Shown in pieces: positions 52,151 through 64,000 of a stretch of DNA of 64,000 nucleotides (the first letter of the stretch is position 1; the number at the start of each line of letters is the position of its first letter). This DNA is from Octopus sinensis (lineage: Eukaryota), in the NCBI RefSeq assembly GCF_006345805.1, contig NC_042998.1, forward strand, positions 52,514,001 through 52,578,000, written 5' to 3'. Below the pieces are notes generated by a model. The model did not search any database. It was not told the origin of the DNA and worked only from the letters and a program-made list of their open reading frames with translations. The position numbers and the translations under genes are program-made.

Positions 52151-52710
52151 CTAAAGTTGAGAAAGATATTTTACCATATTTTCCAGCATACAAGCTAATG
52201 TAGTATATAATGTGAACATGTAGTGTAAACATTCAAACATTGTCACTATTTTTCCTCCCAATCCTCCCATATCCTCTTAGTGTAATAGTTGACCTACCAT
52301 TTTGGCTGTAAATTTTGGTAAAAAATCTTTGATTTGTATGCCAGAAACTACAATAGTTAGGATAATGCATAATTTGCAACATGCTCTTCACTTTAGTTTT
52401 TATTTGTTAATTTATAATTAGAAAATTAATTACAATTACAAGAGAGTATCAGTGCCTCTTGAACTTTTTTTCACTAGTTCTTCACACAGTGTGATCATTA
52501 CCAAGTATGTAGATAAAGCCTCTCTTCTTTCTACCATCTAGTTGTATCAATGAAAAGATTTGACACTTTCATACTGTTTCAACTGTTTACATTAGCTTGT
52601 ATATTGTAATAAACAGTTTATTTGTAGTTTGGGCAAAATTAAAAGAATTATACTTGTAAGAACACAGAAATTCAATTTGTTCTAGGTTCCAACAATCCTT
52701 GGGCAAATCA

Positions 52711-52744
<34 letters not shown>

Positions 52745-53329
52745 GATCTGCTTACATACTGTTGAAAGCCTTTTGAACTGCTGTATTGTTCTCAAGAAAG
52801 CATCTCTTATGAGGTATATCATCATCATCATCATTTAGCATCCGCTTTCCATGCTAGCATGGATTGGACGGTTCAACTGGGGTCTGTGAAGCCAGAAGGC
52901 TGCATCAGGCCCAGTCTGATCTGGCAGTGTTTCTACGGTTGGATGCCCTTCCTAACGCAAATGCCCTTCCTATATAGTATTAAAAACACCGAGTCTCAAA
53001 AATTAACCAATGGAAAGGCAAAAAAGCAAAAAAAAAAACAAAAAGCCAACTAATTAACAGATGCAAAATAGGAAACCAGTATTAAAAAAAAAAACAGCAG
53101 AAAAATAGTAGTAGCAGTGGTAGCATTGTTAGATCCAGATTTTTGCTTTTTAGTTTTCCGTCAGTAGTAAATATCTACTGTCACCAGATGCCAAGCAAAC
53201 ACCAACTGCTAGCTGATGCAGTTAAACAATGATTCAAAAGTTACCAAGCATTTAGCTGGCAGACTGAATAAAACCTTCATTATTAGTAATGATAGGTGTA
53301 TTAGTTCAAATTAGTGATCTGTATACATA

Positions 53330-54300
53330 TTTAAAGTTCTTTTATACATTCCAGTCCAAAGGCTGTGGCAAAGCTTTGGCATTGCTCGTATTACCACTTT
53401 TTCAACGGCCATTCTTTTCTGATTGACTTTTGGTGAAGGAAGGAGTTTGATATTGCTACCCTCTTTTGAGTTGCTTGCTGTGAAGTATGTTCATTTGGGA
53501 TCTTGGACAGTGGAGGTCAAGTTGTTTTTTGAAAATATCCATGTCTACTTCATGTAGATCTCTCAAATATTTTGGCAAGATACAAAATAATAGCTGTAGG
53601 CTTTTAAATCCCAAGCTATTGCTGTACATGGTCCTCACTCTAGACAGGAGGGGTTTAACTTTTGGATCAGTGCAGTAATGTCTAGTTTGGAGGTTGGTAT
53701 AATTATTGATGCCAGTTTAGTGCCAACCTCTTGAGGATTTTCCATATATGTATCACTATATATCTCTCCTGTCTTTGCTCCAGAGATAGAGTTGTGACTC
53801 ATTCACTCTCATCCAGTAGTTCAGCTGCCCTATTGATGCAGTTTTCCTAGTGTAGCACCACTGAACTACAGTAAGTTCTGCTATTATCCTCAATAGAACT
53901 AGTATAGTTTCCTGGTCCCTTGTTCTGAAAGTTCTCAGAATCTGCCTAACCACTTGCCTGCACCACACACACTTCACTTGGTTCTGGGATTGCTATTCCT
54001 TTTGGTCCAAAGTATCATTGCAGCATGTGACAACAAGCCAGCTGATAGTAGAGGCCTTGGAATTTTCCTGCATTAAATTGCATGTTGTTTTCTTCAGCCC
54101 ATTTATATAGAGAATTTAGGTCTTTCTGTAGAAGATTAGCATTGAAAGGTTCCTTGACTGCTAGTACTGCTTTTACAATGTCCACATTTTCCACATATAT
54201 CTTTTTTACAGTATCATTGTCCTTGGAATCTAAACCCTTTTTCTGCAAGTACTTGACAACATCATGATGCCAAATTTTATTGATTTTCAACAGAAGTTGC
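53330..54300 (-). mobile_element. CR1/Jockey-group LINE RT 3' region, decayed
   Basis: Read from the minus strand: LLQKDLNSLYKWAEENNMQFNAGKFQ...LPKYLRDLHEVDMDIFKKQLD. Confidence 0.82.
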
Positions 54301-54384
54301 CACTAATTACTTTTGAAGTCTTCTTTGAACAGTCAGATGTCAGTTTACCTAGAAAGAAACAATGCAGTTATTAATAAGAAAAGT

Positions 54385-54466
54385 TGAAATTAATGCATGC
54401 AAGGTTTCACAGCTCTAGCATCACTCCTTCATAGTCAGCCCATGAAATTTTCAACCCCCACCCCAC
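54385..54466 (-). mobile_element. 5' end fragment of the same mariner family as 7547-8769
   Basis: Reverse complement matches gggtgggttgaaaag...atgaaggagtgatgctaga. Confidence 0.8.
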
Positions 54467-55125
54467 CCCTTTTATTCCTTGGTGTAGTTTCTTCCTAATG
54501 TCAGTACATTGGTTTCCTATTTTGCATCTGTTAATTAGTTGGCTTTTTTTTTTTTTTTTTGCTTTTTTGCCTTTCCATTGGTTAATTTTTGAGACTTGGT
54601 GTTTTTGCTATCCTTGAATTTGTTGGTGAAAAGCATTTGCTATTGGCTGTTTTATTTGCTAGATTTATCAGTTAATCTCATTAAGGCTGTTTGTATATTT
54701 TATTGGTCAAGTTAGATTTGTTTATCAACTCCTAAAGTTCTGCACCAGAAGTAACTGCAACTGTTATCTTGTCCAGATCTGCATATAACTGCAATTCAAA
54801 TAATGTTCTTGGATGGGAATGTTAACAAGAATGAAGCACACTTTTGTGTGAGAATCAATGTTTAGATTAATTTAACAAAGAACTTTCTGTCAAAAGATTT
54901 CAAGTTCTCAGCACGTTTGCTTTTTTTGTTTTATTGAGTAAATTCCTTCAGATCTTTCTTTCTCTTGATTTTTGAGCCTCGTGGCAGTTAATACCTTAAA
55001 TGGTGAGTTTGAATTTGGTGATGTTATTTATTAATCATTCAATTAGAGGAAGAGTTTGGACTTGAGAGAAAAATACAGTGATATTTCAATGTTATTTGTA
55101 CACACCAATTTCAGTGTTATTTGCA

Positions 55126-55314
55126 GGCGCAGGAGTGGCTGTGTGGTAAGTAGATTGCTTACCAACCACATGATTCTGGGTTCAGTCCCACTGCATGGCA
55201 CCTTGGGCAAGTGTCTTCTACTATAGCCTCGGGCCGACCAAAGCCTTGTGAGTGGATTTGGTAGACGGAAACTGAAAGCCCTTCGTGTATATATATATAT
55301 ATATATGTGTGTGT

Positions 55315-55359
<45 letters not shown>

Positions 55360-55530
55360 TTGTGTGTCTTTGTTGACAACCAATGCTGGTGTGTTTATGT
55401 CCCCGTCACTTAGCGGTTTGGCAAAAGAGACTAGGCTTACAATGAATAAGTCCTGGGGTCAATTTGCTCAACTAAAGGTGGTGCTCCAGTATGGCCACAG
55501 TCAAATGACTGAAACAAGTAAAAGAGTACC
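55126..55530 (+). mobile_element. SINE A, full length
   Basis: ggcgcaggagtggctgtgtggtaag head through gaaacaagtaaaagag tail. Confidence 0.93.
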
Positions 55531-55984
55531 AGTGATCTAAGTGACATTGGGAGTTATGGATTCTGAGCAGGAGTACATTTATAATGTAGTTGATCATTAC
55601 ATTGATGCTTTCATTATTGATTAGGGTCCTACAAAACCTTTGAACTTAGAAACAAAGCCTGTTGGGTATTGTTTTCCCAAAGAAATTTTTGTGAGAATGA
55701 ATGATGAGCTATGCACATTAACAGGGCAATGTATCCTTCATTACTTTAATACAGGAGACGTCAGGTGTAGCAGCATTCAAGTTACGGAGACAACTGAAGC
55801 ACAACTTTAGCTGAGACAGAAAATCAATGTCCAGGAATCATCATCATCATCATTGACATCTGTTTTCCATGCTGGCATGGGTTGGATGGCTTAACAGGAA
55901 TTGGCAAGGCCAAGGGCTGCATCAAGTTTCATAGTCTGTTTTGGCTTGATTTCTATGGCTGGTTGTCTTTCCTAACACCAACAA

Positions 55985-56760
55985 CTCGATAGACTACTTT
56001 CATGATCAATATTACTACCATCTTGAAGCTTTCTACTAACATATCCATGCATAGTCTTCTGCTCATATAGGTTCATTCTTTTCTCTGATGATACACTGCA
56101 GTAGAGTCGTGCAACTTCTTTGGGCATGTATTTAATGTTATCTGACAAGCAATGTTGCTCTAGGAGCTGCCTTCCAAGTCTTATGATCTTATCAGCCTCA
56201 TGTATGTGAACTTGGTCGAGGGGATGCACTTTGACACTTGATGGTTAAAAGATGTTGACAAAGGGATATGATATGATATTCAAAGGCATTTTGGATCTAT
56301 GTTAAGCTTCTACTGCCTTGTTTTCATTTTAGGTAGAGGCAGTCTATATCACTGTTGATGTAGAAATTATGTGTGCTCATTAGTATTTTGGGGGTTTTCA
56401 CATCAATGGCTTGGATCTCATCAAGCGTTTAATCAAGCAGTCCAAATGTCAGCATGAGTACTGATTCTGCAAACACATTGTGGGCCACTATTTTATTGAA
56501 TGCTGAGAGTTCTGAGGTCCAAATTTTGTTTATTCAGTTGTAATATTCTTTAGTGACATGTGTTTTGTTACAGGTGCCATTGTAAAATATGTTTTCATCC
56601 ACCCCTAGATTCCTGTAACATTCCTTGTCAGATATAGGGGAAACAGTCAAGTCATTGATGGTGATGTTGCTACTCTGCTTTACAGTTTGTCCCCCTTTTC
56701 ACAACCATATAACATTTATCTTAACCAAACTCCAACCTTATATCCTTTGAGAATGCTGTA
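55985..56760 (-). mobile_element. R4/Dong-clade RT region fragment
   Basis: KIW.SELSAFNKIVAHNVFA...IQAIDVKT...SDID.LY; MHGYVSRK. Confidence 0.72.
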
Positions 56761-57061
56761 ATTAGGTGAAGGCTCTTTTTTATCTCCTGCATATTCTTTG
56801 CATAAAGTTTCAAGTCATTCACAATGAGCAGTGTGTAATTTTGGTGTTTCTGTTTCCTTGTAAACCAGTGAAATATCCTTCAGACTTCCTTAGCATGAAT
56901 GACATGGGGTTTATAGAAAGTATAAACAAAATCACAGAGAATCTGTCCCCTTGGAATATGTTTTTGTATATATATATGTATGTCTGTATGTATGTATGTA
57001 TGCATGTATGTTTGTTTGTTTGTTTGTCTCTCGCTCTCTCTATTTTTTCCTCTCATCTTTT

Positions 57062-57291
57062 TCTTATTTCTTTATTGCCCACAAGGGGCTAAACATAGAG
57101 GGGACAAACAAGGACAGACAAATGGATTAAGTCAACTACATTGACCCCAGTGTGTAACTGGTACTTAATTTATCGACCCCAAAAGGATGAAAGGCAAAGT
57201 TGACCTCGACGGAATTTGAACTTAGAATGTAACGGCAGACAAAATACCGCTAAGCATTTTGCCCAGCATGCTAACATTTTTGCCAGCTCGT
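57062..57291 (-). mobile_element. SINE B inserted into a hammerhead-like repeat
   Basis: Host repeat halves match the uninterrupted copy at about 58555-58680. Confidence 0.88.
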
Positions 57292-58251
57292 CAAAGAGTG
57301 TAGGCTTGAAACGTCAAAGACTTTTCCACTCTTCCCAAGTGTCAAACAAATACACCTGCTTATTGTTCTTTCACCTGCCTCTGTCTTCTATTTTCTGTAC
57401 ATTTGAACCATATCTGTATGTGTGCGTATGTATATTTTTGTGTATATATGTATTTATATATATGTGTGTGTATGTAATTATATGTATATGTGTATGTATC
57501 TATATGTATATATGTGTGTATATATATTCATATGTATATTTATGTGTGTATATATATATATATCTTTGCCATTATTTTACATCCACAAAACCACAGCTAC
57601 TGTTTAAAACAAAATATCAGGCATCTCTACATTAAAAACAAACCAAACATAGATAATACTTAAATTTAATGAATCCACTCTTGAGATGTCAACATTAATA
57701 TAATTTTCAACATTTGATACAGAGATGTTTAATACATTTCTCATCATGAATATTGTTATTTACTCAATTGTACTTCCATTCGCGTTTATATTATCTTCTT
57801 TTTATTTATTAGTTTCCATAAATTTTTGTCATGTTTTTCTTAACAGACAGCAAATTACAATGTTATACTTAGTCAAATATTATAAATGTGATGTGTGGCA
57901 TGTGTATATATGTCTGTTAGTGTATGAGTTAATTCATGAATGCACACACATATATATGTCTACACACACATCTCTCATATATATATATACATGCATACAT
58001 GCACAAATATGTATATTACATATGTATATTTATAGATATATGTATGTAGATACATATGTACTCATAAATGCATATTATATATGTATATACATACATGTAT
58101 ATGTTTATATGTCTTATGTATTACATAAATGTATATATACATACACACACATACATTCATATATGTACCTATTATATATACATACATATATATATATGTA
58201 TATACATGTATATATATATGTATATATATATGTATGTATGTATCTATCTAT

Positions 58252-58309
<58 letters not shown>

Positions 58310-58526
58310 TATACACAGACTCAAACACACACATACATGTGTATTATAGTATAACAGCTGTAATTTTAGTTTTAAGGTACATCTCACAGATAATCTGGGA
58401 TGCACTGTCAGTGATACTTCTGGAGTTTCAGAGTATTTCAAGCTTTCCAACATGTTTTTCTATGCCTATGTCTGTATGTATGTATGTATGTATGTATGTA
58501 TGTATGTAGTATGTTGTTTGTTTGTT

Positions 58527-58559
<33 letters not shown>

Positions 58560-58680
58560 TTTCCTCTCATCCTTTTCTGTCGAAGAGTGTAGGTTTGAAA
58601 TGTCAAAGACTTTTCCACTCTTCCCAAGTGTCAAACAAATACACCTGTTTATTGTTCTCTTGCCTGCCTCTGTCCCATCT

Positions 58681-60177
58681 TGACCCATCTAGGGTAAATC
58701 AAGCCCCAGCCTGCATCCCAGTCACAACAAGCCACTGGTCTTCCCTCTTTATGGAAAGCCACCTAATGGCCTTCTCTAAATTTCAGTGATGGAATTTATA
58801 GCCGTCCTTTTTGCTGTGCCAGTAACTCCAAGCCCAAACAGTGCTTTGCAGAATGAATGCCTTACAAAGTCACAATGGCACACTTCTATCTCGTGGCAAT
58901 GGTCTTGTAGTTTATTGAACTGAATGGCCATCAATATTGCCTCCAATTAAGAAATTAGACACCACACTCTCACTACACTGGTGACTTTATAAAATGTACC
59001 CACACTAAATTGGTGACCTTTCTCAGCTTCCTACAGTCCTATTAGCACTGATTTCTGCACTGCTCTACCATCTCCTGGTATTTGGCAAGCTTCCTCTTAT
59101 GAGCTTCCTCCATTTGTTCCTCCCAGGGCATGGTCAGTTCCCACATGATCACCTGTTTGGTGGAATTTGAGAAAATCACTATATCGAGGTGGTGTGTTGT
59201 AGGTATGATGTGGTCTGGGAACTTTCCCTTCCATGAGATTTGCTCTCAGCTGCCAATCTAGAGCTGTGAAAAGTGGCATGGTCATTGAAGTTTCAAAGAA
59301 CTGGACTTCTCTCCAGCTCTGAGAAAAGTGATAGCCTCTTCCCTGGGGTTGTTGTTTATTGAACTGAATGCCCGACAATATTGCCTCCACAACCACTCTT
59401 AGCACCTGGTCATGTTACAAGCAATAGCAACCATCAACTAAGGCTGTGGGGGCAGCTGCTGCAGAGATGTTGAAGGGACTCTCTTTTAATACACAAGGGA
59501 CAGGATGGTGAATCACAACAGCCCTATGTGTGAAGACAGCTTAGATTAGAAATATGATACACTGGATATCAGTCCACCAGTGATCTGACCAGGTATGTCT
59601 CACTGTTGTATATTGGCTCACCTTGTCTATTTCCCTTGTTGGCCAAGTCCCACCATCCTGCTAGCCCTTGCTTCTACTCTTGTGCAAAATTCTTACAGGA
59701 GATGATGCTGCTCTGTTATTATTTTTTTTTTTTGGTGCTTCTAATCTGGAGGGTTGAGAAGTAGTCCAATCCTGAGCACCCTGTCTTCACACTCTCAACC
59801 AGATCCCTCTGATTTAACAGTTCCTCTGCAACCTGCAACTCTCTGGCAGCACTCTAATTCATACCTGTGTGAACTTCAATGTTAGCTCCAGCTACTTTCA
59901 TGTCACTTTAATCTCTGTACTTCATGACTTCTCTTGTTCTTGTCATTATGAATTCCTCAGAGAGAACACTGCATGGGTACAGTAAGGCGTTGGTTGAGTT
60001 CCACTAAATGATGCTGCTTAGGATTCTTGGTAAGCCAAGCCACCTCTTCAAAAAAAAAATGCTAATCTTCCTTTCCAGGATTTCTACAGTTGACATGCTG
60101 ACATCATATGACAGGGATCACAAAATCATAGGCAATAAGGCATGCTGGAATATCCAAGCTTTGAAGCAGCCAGGCAA
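58681..60177 (-). mobile_element. HERO/R2-group non-LTR retrotransposon 3' half (RT end, CCHC knuckle, restriction-like endonuclease)
   Basis: LPGCFKAWIFQHALLP...VEILERKIS..RWLGLPR.LSSI; CPLCIKRESLQH; DWQLRANL; LGVTGTAKRTAI. Confidence 0.85.
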
Positions 60178-60199
60178 TACAGATGTGCCTTATATATGT

Positions 60200-60315
60200 A
60201 TTATACACCTCCCTACACACATATACACACGCACAAACATAAACATGTATACATACACATATCTGTATATAAATATGTATGTGTGCATATTATATAAATG
60301 TCAATGTTTTATATA

Positions 60316-60350
<35 letters not shown>

Positions 60351-60555
60351 ATCTGTTATGTATATATAGATGATTATGATGATGACAATATCTATAAATA
60401 TGCACATTTGTATATGAATATATATGTGTGTATATTGATACTCTCTCTCTTTCTCTCCCTTTCTCTCTTTATATATATATATATGTGACTGTGTATGTGT
60501 ATATATATATAATCTATGTTGAATATAAGTATATATATATATATGATGATGATGA

Positions 60556-60592
<37 letters not shown>

Positions 60593-60742
60593 GATGTTTG
60601 TATATAAATATGTGTGTGTATATTGGTATATATATATGTCTATGTTACTCTCACTCACTCACTCTGTGTGTATATAAACACATATATGCAGATGTTTGTA
60701 TATAGATATCTATGTGTGTATATTGTTATGCAGATTTTCATG

Positions 60743-60818
<76 letters not shown>

Positions 60819-61052
60819 TTCTGCATAGTATGTTTGTATATACTCACACACAGAAACATACATATGAGTATATAGTTATGTTTCATGCAAATATTAGCAT
60901 ATATACTTATGGTGTATTATCGATGTTAGAAATTATTTTTTCTTCTGATATTTATTTATTTAAACATTCATTTCGTCTTCTTTATCGTATTCAATATTGC
61001 TATCAAAATTTTGTTTCCCAAAATGGATAAAAAATTAAAACAAAGAAAAGCA

Positions 61053-61115
<63 letters not shown>

Positions 61116-62465
61116 TACACACATTATATATATTATATATATATTTATATACATTTACACACATACAGTCAATACATGCACACAGAGACACATGTGTATA
61201 CATGTATATGTATACTGATACATGTGTGTGTGTTTATATATATACATATATACATACAGGTGTATGTGTATTTAAATATATACATATATACTTACACATG
61301 TGTATGTATATTTATTTATATATATATATATACATATGCATATATACACACATGTGTGTTTATATACATATGTATATATATACATATGCATATATACACA
61401 CGTGTGTGTTTATATACATACATATATATATATATATATATTTTTACATACACACATATATGTGTATGTGTGTATATAAAAATAATTTCTAACATTGACA
61501 ATACTCCATAAGCTTATATGCTAATGTTTGCATGTAACTTAACTTATATACACATATGTATGTTTGTGTGTGTGGGTATTTACACATATATATTATGCAC
61601 AAACATGTCCATATATATATTTATATATACATATATATATATACACATGCATATATGTCTATGTGCGTTTATATAAATTTATACACACACACACATATCA
61701 TATGTATGACTTTTTTTAAAGAAATATTAGTGTGTGTAAAGAAAAATAGAAATGTAATAAAAGAATTATAATCACAGGAAAATATATCTACCCTCTCACT
61801 TAAAATAACTCCAAGAGAGACCAAAATTTAGAAGAATACAGTAAAAAAGAAATAATATATAAAATAAGATTGGAGAGACAAAAATGAAAAAAAAATTAAT
61901 TGAGAAATGTCTTTCATAGAAGAGAGAAAGAAATAAAAAGAAAAAAATATGATGAATAAAATATAAGATTATTACAAAAATATAAAAACAAAATATATTA
62001 AGAGATAGGGGAAAGTGAAATACAAGATATTTGGAAAACACTTAAATTACTGGGAAAAAGGCAATAAATAAATAGATAAATAAATAAATAAAAATATTGA
62101 CATTGATGTCTGGTGATTATTGTCTTATAGCTATAAGGTAAACATGTGCACATATAGATACATGCATGTGTGTGTATATGTATATGCATATATATATATA
62201 TACACACACACACATGTATGCATGTGTATATTTGTGCATGTGTGTGCATTTATATGTATATGCATGTGTGTATATATGTGTGTATGTATGTATGTATGTA
62301 TGTATGTATGTTTGCAATGTTGTATACATATGTAATTTCATATATATACACACACCCATACATAAATATATGTACATGTAGATATATAATAGATAAATGT
62401 AACATTTGTGTATGTGATATATATATGTGTGTGTATATATGTATGTATACACACAAACACATTTG
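60200..62465. repeat. Extended low-complexity AT/AC/GT microsatellite field
   Basis: Direct inspection; source of many spurious ORFs. Confidence 0.92.
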
Positions 62466-63234
62466 ACAGAAATATTTCTATGATGATTGAATTAACAATT
62501 GAAAGGATTTAGGAAAAAAGATGGAATAGAGATTGGCAATGGAGGTGGTAGTGGTGGTGGTGGGTGATGTTTGATGACAGTCATGATAATGTGGTGCTGG
62601 TAGTAGTGGTAGTGGTGGTTCCAATTGGTGATGACAATAATGATTTCTGTGTAGGTAAGGAGTTAGAAGATGTGAAGAAGAAGGAAGAGGAGGAAACAAT
62701 ATGTGCCGTAGTAACAAGATCAAGACAAAGAATGAATGTGAGCAATCGCAAATGGAATGACTGCAGTAGCTTCATTCCCAACAAGCTTACCTAGGAACTG
62801 AACCACTAGCTTTTTTTGATATCAACAACAACTGCAGTATTGCTAACAACTTTTGTTAATGACAGTAACAGCTTCACTAACAGTGATAATAACATTAACC
62901 TTAAAACATGAATTAATAGTTACATGAAGTATAATGAAAATTGCTACATCAGAGAACCATATAGTCATGGCCAAAAATTTGGAACATTTTTTTAGAAATT
63001 GAAATTGTTCTGCCCATGTAGAATTCAATTCAAATATATACCATGTAGAGATATACTTACCTTATAAATGGTCCAATGGTTAATATCTTCTAATTGAACC
63101 TTTGGATTGATTATTAGGGAAGTACATCTCTATGTTGTAGAGATCCAAATCAAATTGTACTTGGGCATAACAAATCTAATTTTTAAAAGAAGGTTCCAAA
63201 TTTTTGACCACGACTGATCCACATATTCTTTTCT

Positions 63235-63660
63235 GCTCTAGGCACAAGGCCCGAAATTTTGGGGGAGGGGACCAGTTGATTAGATCAATCCCTGTACGAA
63301 ACTGGTACTTAATTTATCGACCCCATCCCCCCAAAAAGGATGAAAGACAAAGTCGACCTCGGCATAATTTTAACTCAGAACATAAGACAGACGAAATACC
63401 GCTAACCATTTTGCCCAGCATGCTAACGTTTCTTATTTCTCTATTGCCCACAAGAGGTTAAACATAGAAGGGACAAACAAGGACAGACAAAGGGATTACG
63501 TTGGTTACATCGACCCCTGTGCATAACTGGTACTTAATTTATCGACCCCGAAAGGATGAAAGGCAAAGTCGACCTCAGTGGAATTTGAACTCAGAACGTA
63601 GCGACGGGTGAAATACCGTAAGCATTTTGCCCAGTGTGCTAACGTTTCTGCCAGCTTGCC
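63235..63660 (-). mobile_element. Two adjacent/nested SINE B copies
   Basis: Family core repeated twice. Confidence 0.88.
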
Positions 63661-64000
63661 ACTTTACTAACCCAAATATTCTATCTGTTTTACGTTCATT
63701 TTATGTTCAAACTGGATAGATCCAGCCTCTCACCTACCCTCCAATGTTATTCTAAAATAAGCAATCACATCATTGAAATCTCAAAGCTACAAGGGCATGC
63801 ATGATTAATTCAAGAGAATATGAATAAATAAGCATTACATTTGGCAGTGATCAATAGTCAAATGCTGTCAATAGTTAAACCATTTAATTCACAAGGACTA
63901 AGTCCACCTGACTGCATATAGGTATCACAAATTGTTTTTTGTAAGCACTGCAGTAACTTATTAATCCTGATTTATAACATAAGTACAGGATCAAACATTT

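Noticed and set aside
668-62466. Numerous ORF-track entries rich in IY/YV/CV/HT/poly-I/L/N
   Set aside because: Translations of microsatellites, not genes.
62564-62794. ORF with AVVTRSRQR resembling a gypsy linker
   Set aside because: Mostly trinucleotide low-complexity sequence with no other retroviral motif.

Overview
AT-rich metazoan intronic/intergenic DNA, most likely from an octopus or related coleoid cephalopod. This is inferred from the tRNA-headed SINE families, RTE tails ending in (GAT)n and the extreme microsatellite load. There is no intact long ORF, rRNA, genuine tRNA or CRISPR array. Nearly all of the window is nested mobile-element debris: at least three tRNA-derived SINE families; RTE, CR1/Jockey-group, R4/Dong and HERO-type (restriction-like endonuclease) LINE fragments; a full-length decayed mariner; piggyBac, hAT and Helitron/Helentron relics; and MITEs. 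Most ORF-track entries are microsatellite read-through. A few short AG/GT-bounded segments may be exons of host genes that I cannot name. The most interesting object is a ~400-bp element at 13045-13451. It has a tRNA-like Pol III head, a 3' tail carrying a Penelope-type minimal hammerhead ribozyme motif, and an inverted second copy of that tail, so it is a candidate Penelope-mobilised, ribozyme-bearing SINE. Other leads: a second hammerhead-like family with a variant core, a twister-like relic, a (TAA)n-targeting non-autonomous element next to an R4/Dong fragment, a 41-bp-stem hairpin and a possible recursive splice site.
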